IMG/VR virus record: IMGVR_UViG_3300021963_000149
Location: 1 to 57,330 of that record
Direction: 5' to 3' (one strand)
DNA: 57,330 nt
Source: a virus
Lineage: Duplodnaviria > Caudoviricetes
Positions 57,187 through 57,330 of the stretch are shown piece after piece. Made by a program: the position numbers and the translations under genes. Position 1 is the first letter of the stretch; every line of letters begins with the position of its first letter. The notes beneath the pieces were generated by a model that worked only from the letters and a program-made list of their open reading frames with translations, was not told the origin of the DNA and ran no database searches.

Positions 57187-57215
57187 ATTGTAAGATGCTG
57201 GGCGTTTTCTGTCAA
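57187..57215 (-). promoter_or_regulatory. Sigma70-type promoter
   Basis: TTGACA (57215-57210), 17 nt, TACAAT (57192-57187). Confidence 0.75.
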
Positions 57216-57280
57216 GTATTTATGAAGCGTGATGATACTTTTGCGCGACTCTGTGGGGGTTTGGGGATACTCGGGGGGTC

Positions 57281-57309
57281 TTGACATTTGTGCGGGTTCG
57301 TGATAGAGT
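57281..57309 (+). promoter_or_regulatory. Divergent sigma70-type promoter
   Basis: TTGACA (57281-57286), 17 nt, TAGAGT (57304-57309) with extended TG. Confidence 0.5.
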
Positions 57310-57330
57310 GCGGGGAAAGATCACAAGACT

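Noticed and set aside
57006-57287. 93-aa minus-strand ORF in the track
   Set aside because: Spans two promoters and the G-runs; the 57-aa ORF in another frame (56986..57159) has a proper promoter and RBS
1-57330. tRNA, rRNA, CRISPR arrays, photosystem genes, alternative genetic code
   Set aside because: No cloverleaf or repeat-spacer pattern seen by eye, no psbA/hli-type ORFs, and core genes are full length under the standard code using TAA, TAG and TGA stops

Overview
A 57 kb segment of a T4-like cyanomyovirus-type genome (Kyanoviridae-like; a picocyanobacterial host is inferred, not shown). Nearly all real genes are on the minus strand. In transcription order (high to low coordinates) the window holds: a gene-sparse region with small ORFs and several sigma70-type promoters (56.0-57.3 kb), a GT-A glycosyltransferase-like gene and small hypotheticals, the baseplate block (g25, g6, a 4048-aa g7-like wedge initiator, g8, a 2531-aa virion protein), the neck/tail/packaging block (g13, g14, g15, g16, an accessory island, g17, g18, g19), the head block (g20, an inserted 2OG-Fe(II) dioxygenase, a g67-position small ORF, g21, g22, g23), then g3, uvsY, uvsW, g55, g47, g46 and a peptidase-vWA (CobT-like) gene. 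T4-type late promoter cores (TATAAATA, ATAAATA, CTAAATA) precede many late genes. No tRNA, rRNA, CRISPR array, intron or intein was recognised. The most interesting signals are: (1) ORFs with T4 internal-protein-like N-termini (MKTF/MKSF...E) flanking a 582-aa modular protein that looks like a prohead-protease-cleavable polyprotein of small basic Cys-containing peptides; (2) an NblA-like gene inside the structural operon; (3) unusual regulatory DNA, namely a bidirectional promoter at g55, a -35 box sitting in a hairpin loop ahead of a G-rich noncoding tract, and a hairpin that sequesters a ribosome-binding site. All family assignments come from motif recognition and synteny by eye; no database search was run.
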